Source of the DNA: Planctomycetota bacterium
GTDB taxonomy: Bacteria > Planctomycetota > UBA1135 > UBA2386
DNA: 64,000 nt
Assembly (NCBI GenBank): GCA_965223545.1
Contig: OZ245006.1
Span: 3,968,001 to 4,032,000 of the forward strand
Direction of reading: 5' to 3'
The position numbers and the translations under genes are program-made. The notes under the pieces were generated by a model that was not told where the DNA came from, did not search any database, and saw only the letters and a program-made list of their open reading frames with translations. Shown piece by piece: positions 60,261 through 64,000 of the stretch (within the stretch, counting starts at the first letter, position 1; each line of letters starts with the position of its first letter).

Positions 60261-61679
60261 GTGCAGATCAATCCGACCTATCTGTATCTGGCCGCGACCG
60301 CGCTGTTCATCCTCGGCATCAAGGGCTTGTCGAAGGTCAAGTCCGCGCGCAACGGCAACCGCCTGGCGGCGACGGGCATGCTGATCGCCATCGTCGGCGC
60401 GCTGATCGAGGGCCAGGTCTTGAGTCCGATGTGGATCGCGATCGGCATCGCGGTCGGCGCGGCGATCGGTGGCTTCCTTGCCGGCCGCGTGCCGCTGACG
60501 CAGATGCCCGAGCTGGTGGCCGCCTTCAACGGCACCGGTGGCGGCGCGTCGGTGTTCGTCGCGCTGGCCAGCCTGTTCGCCTGGGAGAGCATGATCGGCG
60601 CCGGCCCCGACGCGCCGGCCAACGTCGCCGCCCTGGGCATCCCGCAGGCGATCACCCTACCGCTGACCATCGTCATCGGCATGGTGACCGCGACCGGCAG
60701 TGCGGTGGCCTACTTCAAGCTCGCCGGCAAGAAGATGACGCACCCGGTTCCGGGCGCGGCGCGACAGGTGCTGCACGCGGGCTTGGGAATCGCCGCCATC
60801 GGCTGCTGTGTCTGGTTGGTCACCGCCGGTGAGTCCGGGGCGATCAACACCGCGGCGATCGCGGTCGTGGTGCTCGCCGGCCTGCTCGGTGTGCTGTTGG
60901 TGCTGCCGATCGGCGGTGCCGACATGCCGGTCGTGGTCGCGCTGCTCAACTCCTATTCGGGCTTGGCGGCGGCGGCCAGCGGCTTCGTCATCAGCAACTC
61001 GCTGCTCATGGTCGCCGGTGCGTTGGTCGGCGCGTCGGGTCTGATCCTGACCAAGATCATGTGCAAGGCGATGAACCGCTCGCTCGGCAACGTGCTGCTC
61101 GGCGGCATCGGCGACGACGCACAAGCCGAAGATGCGCGCGACTACGCCAACATCAAGGAGACCAGCCCCGAAGAAGTCGCGATGCTGTTCGACGCGTCCA
61201 GCTCGATCATCATGGTGCCGGGCTACGGCCTCGCCGTCGCGCAGGCGCAGCACACGATGCGCGAGCTGGGCGAGCTGCTGGAGAAGCGGGGCGCCAACGT
61301 GCGCTACGCGATCCATCCCGTCGCCGGTCGCATGCCGGGGCACATGAACGTGCTGCTGGCCGAGGCGGACGTGTCCTACGACAAGCTGTTCGAGCTCGAG
61401 CGCATCAACGGCGACTTCAAGAACACCGACATCGTGGTCATCGTCGGCGCCAACGACGTCGTCAATCCCGCCGCGCGCGAGGATCCGCAAAGCCCGATCG
61501 CCGGCATGCCGATCCTCGACGTCGACGAAGCGGGCACGGTCGTGGTGGTCAAGCGCAGCCTGAGCCCCGGCTACGCCGGCATCAAGAACCCGCTGTTCGA
61601 CAAGGACAACTGCCTGATGGTGTTCATGGACGCCAAGAAGGCGCTCGAGGACATGGTGTCCGAGGTCAAGGAGCTCTGA
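60261..61679 (+). CDS. pntB: NAD(P) transhydrogenase subunit beta
   Basis: QMPELVA, IGGADMPVV..LLNSYSG, VPGYG.AVAQAQ, HPVAGRMPGHMNVLLAEA, GANDVVNP. Confidence 0.97.
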   Translation: MQINPTYLYLAATALFILGIKGLSKVKSARNGNRLAATGMLIAIVGALIEGQVLSPMWIAIGIAVGAAIGGFLAGRVPLTQMPELVAAFNGTGGGASVFVALASLFAWESMIGAGPDAPANVAALGIPQAITLPLTIVIGMVTATGSAVAYFKLAGKKMTHPVPGAARQVLHAGLGIAAIGCCVWLVTAGESGAINTAAIAVVVLAGLLGVLLVLPIGGADMPVVVALLNSYSGLAAAASGFVISNSLLMVAGALVGASGLILTKIMCKAMNRSLGNVLLGGIGDDAQAEDARDYANIKETSPEEVAMLFDASSSIIMVPGYGLAVAQAQHTMRELGELLEKRGANVRYAIHPVAGRMPGHMNVLLAEADVSYDKLFELERINGDFKNTDIVVIVGANDVVNPAAREDPQSPIAGMPILDVDEAGTVVVVKRSLSPGYAGIKNPLFDKDNCLMVFMDAKKALEDMVSEVKEL

Positions 61680-62799
61680 GCAAGCGCTCGCCGACGGTAT
61701 CGGCGAGCAGCAGGCCTTGCGGTGTCAGGCGGACGACATCGTCGTCCTCCGCCAGCAGCTTCTCGGCGCGCAGCGTTTGCAGCGCCTCTTGGAGCGGCGG
61801 TTGCAGCTCGGTTTCGAGCCGAGCGCACACTTCCGACAGCCGCACACCGTCGCGGCGGCGGATGCCGAGCCAGAGGGCCTCGCGGAGCCGGTGGCTGCGA
61901 TCCAGCGCCTCTGCGTCGGCGACCGGCGGCACGCCCGCGTCGATCGAGCGAGCCCACGCGTCGAGGGTCTTGAGGTTGGTGCTGCGGATCCCCGCGCGGT
62001 GGCTGGCGGCGCCCGGACCTACGCCGACCGAGTCCCCCTGCAGCCAATAGTGGTCGTTGTGGCGGCAGACCCCGCCGCGGCCGGCGAAGTTGCTGATCTC
62101 GTAGGCGCGGAAGTCGTGCTCGGCGAGCACTTGCCGGGTGGCGAGGAACATCTCGCGGTCGACGGGCTCCGGGTTGGCGGCGAGCTCACCGCGGGCGTGC
62201 TCGCGGCCGAGTCTGGTGCCGGTCTCGAAGGTGAGGTTGTAGCACGACAGGTGATCGGGCTGCAGCGCCAGCGCCGCGCGTAGGTCCGCCAGCCATTCGT
62301 CCGGCGTCTGGCCCGGTAGAGCGAACATGAGATCGAGGCTGACGTTGTCGAAGTCGGCCGCGCGCAGGGCGGCCACCGCGGCGCGGGTCGCGTCGGCGTC
62401 GTGCGCGCGATCGAGGAACTGCAGCCATCGCGGCGCGAAGCTCTGCGCGCCGACGCTGGCTCGGTTGACGCCTGCGGCGCGCGCGATGTGCGCTTTCTCT
62501 TGCGTCAAGCTCTCCGGGTTGGCCTCCATCGTCACCTCGCTGCACGCGCTCAGGTCGGCGCGCGCGGCGATGAGAGCAAACAGTCGTTGCAGCTGGTCGG
62601 GGTTCAGGTAGCTCGGCGTTCCCCCACCGAAGAACACCGAGACCGGCTCACGCGGGATCCACACCAGCGCGAGCTCGCGCTCGAGGTGGTCCAGATAGTC
62701 GTCGAGCGCGTCCTCGGCGTCCGGCACGTACGACACGAAGTCGCAATAGCCGCACTTGACGACGCAGAACGGCACGTGCACGTACAGCGAGGTGGCCAC
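61666..62799 (-). CDS. hemW: Radical SAM heme chaperone HemW (HemN-like)
   Basis: LYVHVPFC..KC.YCDF, FGGGTPS, EANP, GAQSF, DL.F.LPGQ, YEISNFA, HN..YW, G.GPGA.S. Confidence 0.9.
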   Translation of the reverse strand: MATSLYVHVPFCVVKCGYCDFVSYVPDAEDALDDYLDHLERELALVWIPREPVSVFFGGGTPSYLNPDQLQRLFALIAARADLSACSEVTMEANPESLTQEKAHIARAAGVNRASVGAQSFAPRWLQFLDRAHDADATRAAVAALRAADFDNVSLDLMFALPGQTPDEWLADLRAALALQPDHLSCYNLTFETGTRLGREHARGELAANPEPVDREMFLATRQVLAEHDFRAYEISNFAGRGGVCRHNDHYWLQGDSVGVGPGAASHRAGIRSTNLKTLDAWARSIDAGVPPVADAEALDRSHRLREALWLGIRRRDGVRLSEVCARLETELQPPLQEALQTLRAEKLLAEDDDVVRLTPQGLLLADTVGERLLRAP

Positions 62800-62865
62800 T
62801 ACGTCGGGAGCGTAGCGCCACCATCGATCCGCGTCGCCGGCGCTGCCGGGGCGCGGTGCCGAGGA

Positions 62866-63723
62866 TCAGCCGTCGAAGGCGTCGGCCTGCTCGGTGGGCT
62901 CCTCTTCGCCGAACTCGCGCGCCATGGTGGCGTTGAGCTTGCGCAGCGCCTCTTGCTCCATCTGCCGCACGCGTTCGCGGGTGACGCCGATCTGTTCGCC
63001 GATCGCCTTGAGGGTCATCGGCTTGGGGTTGTCGGGGCCGATGCCGTAGCGCAGCCGCAGCACCCGGGCCTCGCGCTCATCGATTGCGCACAAGAGCTCC
63101 TGCAGCCGCTGCACCTCGAGGTTGTTGAAGATCTCCTCTTCCGGCGACCGCGTCCGCGTATCGACCAGCGCCTCGGCGTAGACCGAAGAGGCGTCCTCGT
63201 TCATCGAGTGGGTCGGCTGCGAGTTGGCGAGCACCGTGTCGCGCACCACGTCCCAGTTGGTCTGCGGCAGCTCCAGCTCCTGCGCGATCTCCGCCGACGT
63301 CGGGGCACGGCCCAGCATGTAGGTCAGCTCCATCGACATCGTCTTCCAGCGCGAGACGATCTCCGACATGTAGGACGGCACGCGCACGGTCTTCACCGTG
63401 TTGACCAACGCGCGGCGGATGCCCTGCTTGATCCACCAGGTCGCGTAGGTCGAGAAGCGGCAGCCGGCGTCGGCGTCGAACTTCTCGACCGCCTTCATCA
63501 GCCCGATGTTGCCCTCCTCGATCAGGTCCATGAACGACAGGCCGCGGTTGATGTAGTTCTTGGCGATGGAGACCACGAGCCGCAGGTTTGCGCGGATCAT
63601 GTGCTCGCGCGCGGCCATGTCGCCCTGCGCGATGCGCCGCGCGAGCGCGATCTCCTCCTCCGGTTTCAACAACGGCACTTCGTTGATGTCCGACAGATAG
63701 GTATCCAGTCCGTTGTCTCTCAT
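62866..63723 (-). CDS. RpoD/SigA-family sigma-70 factor (short, no region 1.1)
   Basis: YL.DI...[49 protein letters not shown]...[10 protein letters not shown]. Confidence 0.93.
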   Translation of the reverse strand: MRDNGLDTYLSDINEVPLLKPEEEIALARRIAQGDMAAREHMIRANLRLVVSIAKNYINRGLSFMDLIEEGNIGLMKAVEKFDADAGCRFSTYATWWIKQGIRRALVNTVKTVRVPSYMSEIVSRWKTMSMELTYMLGRAPTSAEIAQELELPQTNWDVVRDTVLANSQPTHSMNEDASSVYAEALVDTRTRSPEEEIFNNLEVQRLQELLCAIDEREARVLRLRYGIGPDNPKPMTLKAIGEQIGVTRERVRQMEQEALRKLNATMAREFGEEEPTEQADAFDG

Positions 63724-64000
63724 CCCGGTCCACCGCCCGTCCCACGGGCCTCCACTCCCTCTGAACAGGCGAGATATCGGGCAGTCGTCGGGGCGACTTG
63801 ACGCACCTTGTCGGGGAATGCGACACCCGCGCACCGCATTGTCGCACGAAACGACGATACGAGGGGCGGCTCGGTGGGGTTCCGAGAGCCGGTCAGGCCT
63901 CCAGCGGCCAGCGCGGCGCGGAGATCGGCCCGGGGCGTTCGACCCCGGCGTAGGCGATGTGGGGGTCCGGAGTCGGTTCCGGCGACTGCGCGCCGTGCCG

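Overview
High-GC bacterial chromosomal segment, most consistent with a Planctomycetota genome. That assignment is inferred from protein types such as the short RpoD-family sigma, long-insert LepB, FG-GAP proteins and shared C-terminal domains. The window spans the replication origin: dnaA-[oriC]-dnaN-dciA-gyrB, with parA nearby and scpA further off. About 58 genes are supportable. Most are housekeeping (purF, lysC, leuA-like, fmt, rsmB, ettA, tatA, pyrF, pntAa/Ab/B, hemW, iscS, kdsD/kdsC, lptD), and a full bacillithiol set (bshA/B1/C) is present. There is also a 6S-like structured RNA with its own terminator and a 120-bp structured element present twice. The most interesting signals are: (1) a SARP/BTAD regulator flanked by two Fe(II)/2OG oxygenases whose promoters share a GTAAGCG 11-bp-period box with SARP-type geometry; (2) a ~960-aa LptC/LptA-like protein between kdsC and lptD; (3) two paralogous small basic proteins, one with an AT-hook, that are candidate nucleoid proteins; (4) an MCE system with fused MlaF-MlaE and an MCE protein carrying a dead trypsin-like domain; (5) a shared unnamed C-terminal domain on secreted proteins; (6) a ChpT-like pseudokinase downstream of parA. 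No tRNA, rRNA, CRISPR array or transposase was recognised. Start codons were chosen by eye and family calls come from motif recognition, not database searches.
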